Source: an uncultured delta proteobacterium | Lineage (GTDB): Bacteria; Desulfobacterota; RBG-13-43-22 | NCBI GenBank assembly: GCA_963790475.1 | Contig: CAWBOS010000010.1 | Span: 1,920,001 to 1,984,000, forward strand | DNA: 64,000 nt | Direction of reading: 5' to 3' | Shown here: positions 22,810 to 31,825 of the stretch, in pieces | Layout: each line of letters starts with the position of its first letter | How positions within the stretch are numbered: the stretch's first letter is position 1 | Position numbers and translations under genes: made by a program | Notes under the pieces: model-generated | What the model saw: only the letters and a program-made list of their open reading frames with translations | Databases searched by the model: none | Told to the model about the DNA's origin: nothing

Positions 22810-22897
22810 GCCTGGGTGGCGGAATTGGTAGACGCAAGGGACTTAAAATCCCTCGGTCCTCGCGGCTGTACCGGTTCGATTCCGGTCCCAGGCACCA
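22810..22897 (+). tRNA. tRNA-Leu (anticodon UAA)
   Basis: GCCTGGG acceptor, AGGGA-CTTAAAA-TCCCT arm, long variable arm, GGTTCGATTCC, CCA. Confidence 0.96.
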
Positions 22898-22986
22898 CTT
22901 TTTATTACCTTTTTACACTTCCGCCAGGATCAAAGCCAGTATTTACGCACCTTTCAAGCATACTACCTTCTATTTTCTTAAAAATA

Positions 22987-23570
22987 TTATTTAGTTGCAT
23001 GGTTGATGTTTACAACTTTTTTTGCTTCTAAAAGCTCATTGTACCTAAATTGTACCCGTAATTTTTGATCATCATTGAACGCCTGCCGTTTTTTAGCCGC
23101 TTCTTTTAAGTCCTCTTGCGAGACGATATTATAGCGGTCAAAAACCGACCGAGTCTTATGACCGGAAATGCTCATGGCTACTCGCTCAGGAATACCGGCC
23201 CTAACCATGTTCCTCACTCCGCTTCTTCTCAGGTCATGGAAAAGTTTATTAGGGACCAAAACAACCTTCCCCTTTTTATCTTTGACGGAATTTCCATTTT
23301 CGTCAGTCAAAGTTTCACATAGCCCGATCTTTATACATGAAGTTGCCCAAGCTTTGCGGGGATCAACAATTTTCTTTCCATTACGGTGGAAAACATAAGT
23401 ACAATCCAAACGTCGTTTTTTGTGCAGGTCTTCATCATCTCCCAAAGCTCAGGTTCCATGTACAGGGTCCGGGCTTGGTCATTTTTAGTTTCACCTGGTT
23501 CCAATCTGACTATGCCCTCTTTTAGATTAACCTGGTTCCATTTAAGGCCAAGGATCTCACCCCGTCTAAC
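22987..23570 (-). pseudogene. Tyrosine integrase, 5'-truncated and frameshifted
   Basis: RRGEILGLKWNQV...TKND in one frame; frameshift near 23430; FHDLRRS, SGHKT, FDRY in the next frame. Confidence 0.88.
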
Positions 23571-23647
23571 CCTTTCGGTATCCCTGTTTCTTCTTTTTTT
23601 CCCATTGCCCGTAAATCCTTTTTATTTTATACTCCTAACATCAAAAA

Positions 23648-24664
23648 ATGAATTTTCTATCAAAAATTGAGGAGCAGACCATGATACACGAAGAAGTGAT
23701 GGCTGAAGCCAGTAGTTTTATGAAAAGTCGAGTGATCCTGACAGCGGCAGAAATCGATCTTTTTACCCATCTTGAACAAAAACCATCCAATGCGGACGAA
23801 ATTGTAGATATGTTGGGTCTCAATCGAAAGGCTTTAACCAGACTTCTTGACTGCCTTGTTATCTTTGGATTGGTCGAAAAAGAAAGAGGACCTTACAGCA
23901 ATACGGAAAATGGCACTCTTTTCTCGGCCCAACACCCGGAATCCGTTCTCCCCATGGTCCTTCATATGAATCATCTTTGGAATACCTGGAGTGGACTTAC
24001 CGAAACAGTCAAAAAGGGACAGGATCCAGAAACCAAACAAGGCCTCAAGTTCGACGAGAAAAGTATGAAGGCCTTTATTGGAGCTATGCACATCGGAGCG
24101 AAAAGTCTATCTTCCGAAATAGCCCAGGCTTTTGATTTAAAGCCGTTTAAAAAACTTCTTGATATCGGAGGGGCTTCAGGAACCTATACCATTGCCTTCT
24201 TACGGAAAAACCCGGAAATGAAAGCGATCATTTTTGACCTGAAAGGGGTCATCCCCATCGCCCGCGAACGTTTGCAAGAGGAAGGGCTAATTGATCGAGT
24301 GGAATTGGTGGCCGGAGACTTTTATCAAGATGAGCTTCCGAAAAGTTGTGATCTTGCTCTTCTCTCCGCCATAATTCATCAAAACAGCCTTGATGAGAAT
24401 TTCAATCTTTTTCAAAAGGTTCACCGAGCCCTTGAACCTGGAGGGGTAATTCTCATCCGGGACCACATCATGGAGGAAACCCGGACCAGACCACCCGCCG
24501 GAGCCATTTTTGCATTGAATATGTTGGTTAATACCCGTGGTGGGGACACCTATACTTTTATTGAAGTAAAAGATACCCTTGAAAAGGCTTGTTTTAAAGA
24601 TGTAAAGCTCCTCAGAAGCGGTGAACGGATGGACTGCCTGGTGGAAGGACGTAAGCCGATCTAA
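23648..24664 (+). CDS. SAM-dependent O-methyltransferase (family 2, with dimerisation domain)
   Basis: LLDIGGASG, AGDFY, FALNMLVNTRGG. Confidence 0.88.
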   Translation: MNFLSKIEEQTMIHEEVMAEASSFMKSRVILTAAEIDLFTHLEQKPSNADEIVDMLGLNRKALTRLLDCLVIFGLVEKERGPYSNTENGTLFSAQHPESVLPMVLHMNHLWNTWSGLTETVKKGQDPETKQGLKFDEKSMKAFIGAMHIGAKSLSSEIAQAFDLKPFKKLLDIGGASGTYTIAFLRKNPEMKAIIFDLKGVIPIARERLQEEGLIDRVELVAGDFYQDELPKSCDLALLSAIIHQNSLDENFNLFQKVHRALEPGGVILIRDHIMEETRTRPPAGAIFALNMLVNTRGGDTYTFIEVKDTLEKACFKDVKLLRSGERMDCLVEGRKPI

Positions 24665-24799
24665 GATCGAATCAAATATAAGGAATTCCAATCAAAAAGT
24701 AAGATCCCCCATTTCTCAAAAGAGCCTTGAACTATAAAGGTCAAAGGACACAAGTCGATGAGTGGGTTTACGCCCCCATACCTTCCGCAGGAGAAAAAA

Positions 24800-25273
24800 A
24801 TGAACAGTAAACCAAAAATTCTCTTATTTTCCATCCTTATTCTCACCTTTGCCGCCTCTGTTTTCGCACAGGAAACTGTCCCCCCTGAAGATGCCGCCAA
24901 ATTCATCGGCCAGCAAAAAACAGTATGCGGCAAGGTGGCCAGTGCCCATTATGCAACACGCAGCAAGGGGCAGCCAACTTTTTTGAATCTCAATAAGCCC
25001 TATCCCTACCCAATTTTTACTGTCCTCATTTGGAGATCAGACAGGAGCAAGTTTGAAAAGCCTCCTGAAGCCCTTTCCGGGAAAGAAATATACCCCATAA
25101 AGATCCAGTCTGAAGACGATCTGATCAAGGAAGTAGCCGGAATAGCCACCCTCTCTATGAAATTAGGTTACCAGCTTGAGACCGAGAACCGCCCTCTGAC
25201 CAAAGAGGAAGCCTATATCCAGCTTGGACATAGTGCTTCCCTTTTCAAGGCTATTTTGCTTTATGTTCGATAA
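24800..25273 (+). CDS. Exported OB-fold-like protein, probably chimeric at the C-terminus
   Basis: Signal peptide; TVCGKV...PTFLNLNKPYP..FTVLIW; abrupt change after GKEI. Confidence 0.5.
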   Translation: MNSKPKILLFSILILTFAASVFAQETVPPEDAAKFIGQQKTVCGKVASAHYATRSKGQPTFLNLNKPYPYPIFTVLIWRSDRSKFEKPPEALSGKEIYPIKIQSEDDLIKEVAGIATLSMKLGYQLETENRPLTKEEAYIQLGHSASLFKAILLYVR

Positions 25274-25287
25274 GAAGGAGGATACCT

Positions 25288-25965
25288 ATGAAGATTACAG
25301 CCATTGTGGGTAGCCCGAGAGGAGTTAAGGGGGCAACAGGATCCCTCATGAAGATAGTGCTCCAGGGGGCCGAAAGCCTTGGAGCTACCGCTGAGATCTT
25401 CGCCATCAAAGGACAGGAGGTAAAGCCCTGCAAGGCCTGCAATACATGCCACAAGATGGGGTCGTGCCCACAGAAAGACTCATTCAGAACGATCAAGGAG
25501 AGCGTCGACCAGGCCGATGGCCTCATTCTCGCCAGCCCCAACTATATATTCCAAGTTAGTGCCCAACTAAAAGCCTTCTTCGACCGCTGCTGCGGCGTGA
25601 TCCATTGCCAGGGCTTTGAGGGGAAGTATGGGGTGGCGGTGGTAACCTCTGGAGGAGGGGATGAAGCCCCCATAGCGGACTACATGCAGCATTTCCTGGC
25701 CACCACTGGGGCTACCCCTGTTGGTTCCGTTTGGGCGACGATGGGTCAGATACAGGATTATAACTTCCCTCCAGAACTAAGAGAAAAGGCTTTTACCCTG
25801 GGTGAGAAGCTTGTTAAGGCATGGCGGGACAAAGAAATCAGCCCCGAGTACAAAAAGATTAGCCGTGAGTTCAAAAAACGGATGCGTTCACTGATGATCT
25901 GGCGTAGAGAGGAATGGCCCTATGAGTATGAATACTGGCGGACACACCGGGGTCTGAAGGGGTAA
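25288..25965 (+). CDS. Flavodoxin family / iron-sulfur flavoprotein
   Basis: VGSPR, CxxCxxC...C, ASPNY, QLKAFFDR. Confidence 0.88.
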   Translation: MKITAIVGSPRGVKGATGSLMKIVLQGAESLGATAEIFAIKGQEVKPCKACNTCHKMGSCPQKDSFRTIKESVDQADGLILASPNYIFQVSAQLKAFFDRCCGVIHCQGFEGKYGVAVVTSGGGDEAPIADYMQHFLATTGATPVGSVWATMGQIQDYNFPPELREKAFTLGEKLVKAWRDKEISPEYKKISREFKKRMRSLMIWRREEWPYEYEYWRTHRGLKG

Positions 25966-26085
25966 GGTCAGCGGTACACATCCGACATACTGAGATGGAA
26001 AATCCGGTCAAAAGTCAGATTACGATTTTATAGGTTGAAAGAACAGTATAACAACTTTGCCCATTTAAAGGGCATGGACGATGGT

Positions 26086-26466
26086 ATGGACATCAAACTG
26101 AAAGTATCATATAAAGCCGCACTTCTATCCCTATTCCTCTTTCCAGGCCTTGGCCATCTCTATCTAAAAAGGTATCGTAGGGGTCTGGTTATCATAATAT
26201 TTTTCCTTACCGGATTAGGCTATATGGTCTGGTTCATCACGGTTTCTGTAATGAATCGCCTTGACGACATTATGGTTATAATAGAGGGTGGTACCAAGAA
26301 CCCGCGAGGCCTACCAGACATTGTCGGATCAAAAATTTTAACCACAGGACCCTATCAAGAGGTCATTTATTATATTATTATTGGTTTTTGGATATTTGCT
26401 GTCATAGATGCCTATAGAATCGGAAGGCAGAGAGAACTTCAAGACAAAGAGACTTCCCACTACTAA
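26086..26466 (+). CDS. Membrane protein (DUF5683-like)
   Basis: ALLSLFLFPGLGHLY ... AVIDAYR. Confidence 0.6.
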   Translation: MDIKLKVSYKAALLSLFLFPGLGHLYLKRYRRGLVIIIFFLTGLGYMVWFITVSVMNRLDDIMVIIEGGTKNPRGLPDIVGSKILTTGPYQEVIYYIIIGFWIFAVIDAYRIGRQRELQDKETSHY

Positions 26467-26489
26467 TTCCTTCTTATCCTCAGGAACAA

Positions 26490-26712
26490 ATGCCTACAAA
26501 TAATCTCACCGATCTCCAAGGCCAAATTGAACGTGTAACCTATACCAATGATGAAAATGGGTATACCGTTGCTAAAGTAAAAGTCCGGGGTAACCAGGGG
26601 GAAAAAGTTGGTGGTGCTGGTCGGAACTAAAAAGGCACTGGCTATTGCCATCAGGAACAACAAAACGGAAAAGAGATACATCCTGTTGAGGCAGAGATTA
26701 GAGGTAAGGTAG
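26490..26712 (+). pseudogene. recD2: Internally deleted RecD2-type helicase (only the two termini remain)
   Basis: MPTNNLTDLQGQIERVTYTNDENGYTVAKV joined to GVTRGKKLVVLVGTKKALAIAIRN..RY..L..RL. Confidence 0.75.
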
Positions 26713-26960
26713 AATGAGATTGATGATCAGGGATGTGGCGTTTCCGGATGAAGAGAATTCAAAGGGTCTGAGATCCATGGCCGAGCCGATTTTTTCCTGT
26801 AGTCCTCAAACCTCCCTTTTGAATAGAATGGAAGGGTTCAATCGGTAATCGTCTGTGAGAATAGCTTGATATTTTAGAAAATTAGACAGACAATGAGATC
26901 TAATTGTCAAGGTTACACGTTTCTTATTGATAACCTCAAATGATAGGCGGTGAAAAGAAG

Positions 26961-27197
26961 ATGGAAGAAGAATATTTTTTCATTATGAATGGTGAAGTGG
27001 AAGGGATCTATGGAACCAGGGATGATCTGTTGGAAGCCCTACAGCAGTATAATGTTGATTCTGAGGACAGTTATGTCATCAAAGGATATAGGATCAATTT
27101 GAACGTAACCCACCATGTCACTCTTAGAGAGGATACTCTCTCGTCTCCCCTAAAAAAACAACGAGAGGCCTTGAGAGAGATAGGCGATGACGAATAA
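26961..27197 (+). CDS. Small acidic hypothetical protein
   Basis: Clean ORF with plausible RBS; no recognised motif. Confidence 0.45.
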   Translation: MEEEYFFIMNGEVEGIYGTRDDLLEALQQYNVDSEDSYVIKGYRINLNVTHHVTLREDTLSSPLKKQREALREIGDDE

Positions 27198-27332
27198 GGC
27201 ATCGGATAATGAAATATCAAGCACTCGGAGAGATTGATGATAACCTTCTTGCATTTCCAGAAAGAATTATTCATACTACACCGTCATTGCAAATGTCTCC
27301 AAGGAGAGACTCAATACAAAGGAGGGTTAACG

Positions 27333-27533
27333 ATGCCAGAAGGAAAAGTTAAATGGTTTAATGATTCAAAAGGATTTGGTTTTATCGAGCAGGACGGTGG
27401 CAAGGACCTATTCGTACATCATTCCGCGATACAGGGAGAAGGTTTTAAATCGCTGGCTTAGGTTGATCGTGTCAGTTTCGATGTCGTCCAAGGTGCTAAG
27501 GGTCCTGCTGCTGAGAATGTTCGTAAGCTGTAA
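27333..27533 (+). pseudogene. Cold-shock protein with in-frame TAG
   Basis: [18 protein letters not shown]...FKSLA*VDRVSFDVVQGAKGPAAENVRKL; TAG at 27459-27461. Confidence 0.85.
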
Positions 27534-27631
27534 AACTGATCATAGGGACTTTAATATTTGCCGTTTTCTTCCAGTTTTCTAAACCAATCCGCCAAACAAA
27601 AGACTTCAATCCGAAATCAATGAAAAGAAGG

Positions 27632-27753
27632 AAAATCGTCGGTTTTCTTTACAGTTTCCGATTATCCTAAATTAATTATATAAGATATTGTAATTTATAT
27701 ATTTATTATGTTTTTGTAATCATAAAAACATAAAATCGTCGGGATTTCTTACA
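27632..27753 (+). promoter_or_regulatory. Two enhancer-like boxes 100 bp apart upstream of the PEP-CTERM gene
   Basis: AAAATCGTCGGTTTTCTTTACA (27632) and AAAATCGTCGGGATTTCTTACA (27732). Confidence 0.65.
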
Positions 27754-27817
27754 AAATTCACCCTATAAAAAATATGAGAATAAAAAATATTATAATAAAA
27801 TATAATAGTTATAAAAT

Positions 27818-27833
27818 TGGCACATTTCATGCA
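27818..27833 (+). promoter_or_regulatory. sigma-54 promoter
   Basis: TGGCAC-N5-ATGCA (GG-N10-GC). Confidence 0.7.
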
Positions 27834-27871
27834 CCTTAAAACGCTAAAATCGGAAAGAGGAGGTCATTTCA

Positions 27872-28543
27872 ATGAGAAGAGCATTACTTTTGGGGTTGTT
27901 TTTGGTAGTTTTGATCTATAGTTTATGCACACCGGCGGCTCAGGCCACATCGATCCCAGCGGTCACCTTTAATCAAGACATCTGGTCTGTTGCAACTCCT
28001 ATAGGCGTGAACGAAACCATTGGGTGGCAATTCACGGTGAGCGGCAGCATTCTCGTTACGAATTTAGGCGTGTTCGACAGCGGCCTCGGCGGCTCCGGGT
28101 TGCCAAACGGCTTGGCTGACGCCCATACCGTCGGCATTTGGGACACTAACTCTGCTACACTGCTCGTCTCCGCACCTATGAACACAGGGACTACCGATCC
28201 ACTGGTCAACCAATTCCGATACGTCTCGGCTACGCCCACCCTCCTTGGACCGGGGACCTACACCATAGGAGCGACTTGGGTTGCTAATAGCGACGACTAT
28301 ATAGCGAATGCTGCAATTGTACCTGGGAGCTTCTTTACAGGTCCCGGGATCACCTATCTGCGGGACGAGTACATACAAAGCAACTCGCTGGTCATGCCCA
28401 CCTCCTCTTTAGGTGGCAGCTTCGATCCGGCTATGTTCGGGCCGAACTTCGAATACAACACTGTTCCCGAACCCACCACCATGATCCTTCTTGGGTCTGG
28501 GTTGCTTGGGCTTTGGGGATTTAGAAGGAAGTTTAGAAAATAA
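27872..28543 (+). CDS. PEP-CTERM sorting domain protein
   Basis: Signal peptide; C-terminal VPEPTTMILLGSGLLGLWGFRRKFRK. Confidence 0.93.
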   Translation: MRRALLLGLFLVVLIYSLCTPAAQATSIPAVTFNQDIWSVATPIGVNETIGWQFTVSGSILVTNLGVFDSGLGGSGLPNGLADAHTVGIWDTNSATLLVSAPMNTGTTDPLVNQFRYVSATPTLLGPGTYTIGATWVANSDDYIANAAIVPGSFFTGPGITYLRDEYIQSNSLVMPTSSLGGSFDPAMFGPNFEYNTVPEPTTMILLGSGLLGLWGFRRKFRK

Positions 28544-28566
28544 TTACATCGATCATCTCTTTCCTC

Positions 28567-28599
28567 AAAGGCAGAGTCATTTGGCTCTGCCTTTTTTTT
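28567..28599 (+). terminator. Intrinsic terminator
   Basis: AAAGGCAGAGTCA-TT-TGGCTCTGCCTTTTTTTT. Confidence 0.8.
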
Positions 28600-28610
28600 C
28601 ATATTTCAAA

Positions 28611-29606
28611 ATGGAAAACCCAGATCAAAGAAATTTCCATTTCCGATCCCTCCATCCTAACATTTACCTTGGAACGACCTCCGACAGTTACGCCGGATGG
28701 ATCGGCCAGATTTATTCAAAAGACCGCCATACTGGTAGAATAACCCGCCGAACAAATGTCGTCGGAGGGAAAAAGTTCATCGAAGAGGTCCTGCCAGTTG
28801 ATAGCGTTGAAGAATATTTCCAATATTTTCGAGTCCTGGAAATCGATTATACCTTTTATCGGCCACTTACCGAACCCGATGGGACCCCAACCCAGAACTA
28901 TCAACTCCTAATGAGATACCACCAGTATCTCAAAGAAGGGGATCGCCTTATTCTTAAGGTCCCTCATGTCGTCTCTGCCCAAAAGTTTCGCCGGGGAACT
29001 GCATATATCCCCAATGAGGACTACCTCAACCCTGAAATATTTACCAACCAATTCTACAAACCGGCCATAGAAATATTGGGGGAATCCCTAACTGGCTTCC
29101 TTTTTGAACAGGAGTACCAGAAATTCAAGGACAAGCTTCCTGAAGACCAAATGGCTGAATCCCTGGATGCTTTCTTTAAGGCTATTCCCAAAGACCACCG
29201 TTACCATGTTGAACTCCGAACCGAAGCTTATATAACTCCACCCGTCTTTGAGGTCCTTGAAAAACATGGAATCGGGCAGGTCCTTTCGCACTGGACCTGG
29301 CTTCCCCCACTAAGGGTACAATTCGACAAAGCCGACCACAGTGTGCTCAATTCCGGCCGTGAAATGATTATCCGGCTGTGTACTCCCCTCAAGATGCGTT
29401 ATGAAGAGGCCTATGCCAAAGCCCATCCATTCGATAAACTGATTGAAGGAATGCTCCAGCCAAAGATGATCGAAGAGACGTCCAAATTGATGCATGAAGG
29501 GATAGAAAAAGGGGCCAAGGTGAATGTTCTGGTCAATAATCGGGCAGGAGGGAATGCCCCGCTGATCACCCAGAAGATTGCTGAGAAATTTCTTCAGCAA
29601 GAATAG
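28611..29606 (+). CDS. DUF72 family protein
   Basis: YLGT, LEIDYTFY, LKVP, VELR, VNNRAGGNAP. Confidence 0.8.
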   Translation: MENPDQRNFHFRSLHPNIYLGTTSDSYAGWIGQIYSKDRHTGRITRRTNVVGGKKFIEEVLPVDSVEEYFQYFRVLEIDYTFYRPLTEPDGTPTQNYQLLMRYHQYLKEGDRLILKVPHVVSAQKFRRGTAYIPNEDYLNPEIFTNQFYKPAIEILGESLTGFLFEQEYQKFKDKLPEDQMAESLDAFFKAIPKDHRYHVELRTEAYITPPVFEVLEKHGIGQVLSHWTWLPPLRVQFDKADHSVLNSGREMIIRLCTPLKMRYEEAYAKAHPFDKLIEGMLQPKMIEETSKLMHEGIEKGAKVNVLVNNRAGGNAPLITQKIAEKFLQQE

Positions 29607-29900
29607 AAAGCCTCATTTAACTCCAACAAAAATCCAATGAGTCCAACATTCCAGTCCCCGTCGAAAATAATATCTGTGAAGTAAAATTGGAATAAAGGGA
29701 GATTTTTTTCCTTCCTTAAAAGAGAAATAAATTAGAAAGAAATGGAAATTTTCTTCATTTCGCAGTTGGGTTCAGGTATTTGGCTAACCAATAAACCAAT
29801 AAAAAACAAATAATTAAAGATTTGTAAGATTTGTGGCACCGGATTTCCTTAATACTTATATTTAGAGGATTCACTGATCTAATCAAAGAGGTAAAAGTTA

Positions 29901-30092
29901 ATGGGGCAATTAATAAAGACAGAAGGCCCTGGTGAGAAGATAGAGGCCTTAAAAAGGGCTTTAATCGGTATTGATGATAAGAGGATGGAAGCTTTCTTAT
30001 TACTGAATGCAACACTGGAAGAATATCTGTCCGATATAGCGGAGTATCTTTGGATCCTGAATGGGCTTAATAAAGCAGGGAGAATAAATTAG
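29901..30092 (+). CDS. Small hypothetical helical protein
   Basis: RBS GAGG; 63 aa ORF. Confidence 0.4.
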   Translation: MGQLIKTEGPGEKIEALKRALIGIDDKRMEAFLLLNATLEEYLSDIAEYLWILNGLNKAGRIN

Positions 30093-30478
30093 GGATGGGA
30101 AATATCTTCCTTGAGCTCCTTAAACTTACATTATTAAAAAAAGGCCAATATTCTTCACGAAGCCCTGTTTTTGAATGTTAAACAGCCATGCCAGATTTTA
30201 AATGGTAATCGCTTACCGACCCTTCTTTATTATTGGTTCCTTTCCGAAGAAAAATTTCCCTATTTATAGGCCGCATGTCCCCTTCTTGGGGACAATGGAA
30301 CTATCGTAGGCAGTATTTATTCCATTGGGAATGGTTTGGTTGCCTCGTCAGGGAATAAAGGATGGATAAATATTGTTCCCGGGAAATAGCACCAGAAGAG
30401 GAAAGGATCTTTAAATTCTTAATCGAGGAGATGACTCTGCCCTACAATGGACTTACCGGAACTGAAAATCTACCAAAG

Positions 30479-30937
30479 TTAAGGTTGAATCAATTCAGTG
30501 TTCATCGCCATTCGTTTTATAGTATCACAGAACAGGACATCCATCCTTGTGGTTGAAATGATCCCCTCGACAAAACCCAGGCCGAAGGTATGATGTTGAA
30601 TCACATCCTTAAATTGATAAGTATCTTGCGTGCGATAGTTTTTTATAAGTTGTTTCGGATTCATTTCATTTTTTTTATCTCCCCATTGGGCGGGAGCTGT
30701 AACGACCCTCTTATAAAAAATGGGATCCAATTTGACATTTTTTTCTCGATGCCGATTAGGGGAAAGAGAAGACTTTTTTGGGGGTGACTTCGGATCCTTA
30801 TACTTATGCTCTGAACCGCAAGTTTTACATTTAACTTTGGATACCGTATTGTCTTCAAGAAATAAGATAATATGGTTTAATAATAATTTACACTTTGAAC
30901 AGTAGGCTTCGATATCACTTCCAATTAAAGATGACAC
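30479..30937 (-). CDS. Conserved hypothetical protein with two CxxC motifs
   Basis: AYCSKCK...VKCKTCGSEH; C-terminal I.H.TFGLG.V; downstream of csp. Confidence 0.65.
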   Translation of the reverse strand: MSSLIGSDIEAYCSKCKLLLNHIILFLEDNTVSKVKCKTCGSEHKYKDPKSPPKKSSLSPNRHREKNVKLDPIFYKRVVTAPAQWGDKKNEMNPKQLIKNYRTQDTYQFKDVIQHHTFGLGFVEGIISTTRMDVLFCDTIKRMAMNTELIQP

Positions 30938-31000
30938 GTAATCCTCCTCTGCGTTTGGAAAAAGTTAAAATCTTCTCCAGATTATAGATTAACCAGTTAC

Positions 31001-31204
31001 CTAAAGAGACTTTACATTAACTGCTGAGGGTCCCTTGGGGCCTTGTTCAATATCAAAACTCACCCGCTGACCTTCAGTGAGAGTCCGAAAACCCTGCATG
31101 GTGATGCCTGAATGGTGGACAAAAACATCCTTTTCCTGACCATCAACATTGATAAACCCGAAGCCCTTGTTCTCGTTAAACCACTTTACACTTCCTTCTG
31201 CCAT
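31001..31204 (-). CDS. Cold-shock protein
   Basis: [21 protein letters not shown]. Confidence 0.95.
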   Translation of the reverse strand: MAEGSVKWFNENKGFGFINVDGQEKDVFVHHSGITMQGFRTLTEGQRVSFDIEQGPKGPSAVNVKSL

Positions 31205-31825
31205 AGTCATATTCCTCCTTTTGAACTATTTCTCAAGTTGGGATAGCACAAAAAAAAGGCATCTTGGATAAAAGCCCAGATGCCTTGAATTGTTGACTTT
31301 TTCACCAACTTCAACCGCTATCGTATCCCTCAGGGGCAACTAACGGAATTCCTTATATTTATAACATAAGCCTAATAATGATTCTTGTCAAGGTTTATAA
31401 CGAATAACAACAATACTCGCTATTACCCCATCCATAGTTCCAGACATGGAAAAACAGGGTGTATAAGAGATCCCGATAGGGCAGGAGCGTTGGAGAACCC
31501 TATTAATGCCTTAGTCCTTATTATTCCAATAAAACTCCAATAAATCCAATTCCACTCAACCAAACCCAGGTTAGTAAATCTCAATTCATTCTATCCATCT
31601 TCCAATTTTCTCTTGATACCCATACAGACGTATAGTATTATTCCTATCACTTCATGTAGCCCTCACGATCAGATAAAACAAATATTTGAATATCTTTAGG
31701 ACTCTTTAGTTGAAAAAGGCTATCCCCATTTCTGGGAGGTGACTACCCAATTTAAGATCAACCTGGGCACGTTTCAAGACCGTCTCAAGAACCTTTAAAT
31801 CTTTAATCATCTAAGTCTTACGAAT

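Noticed and set aside
22816-23031. 71-aa ORF starting MAELVDARDLKS
   Set aside because: Translation of the tRNA-Leu sequence
30200-30478. Possible coding remnant between the 29901 and 30479 ORFs
   Set aside because: Short interrupted frames with no recognisable family
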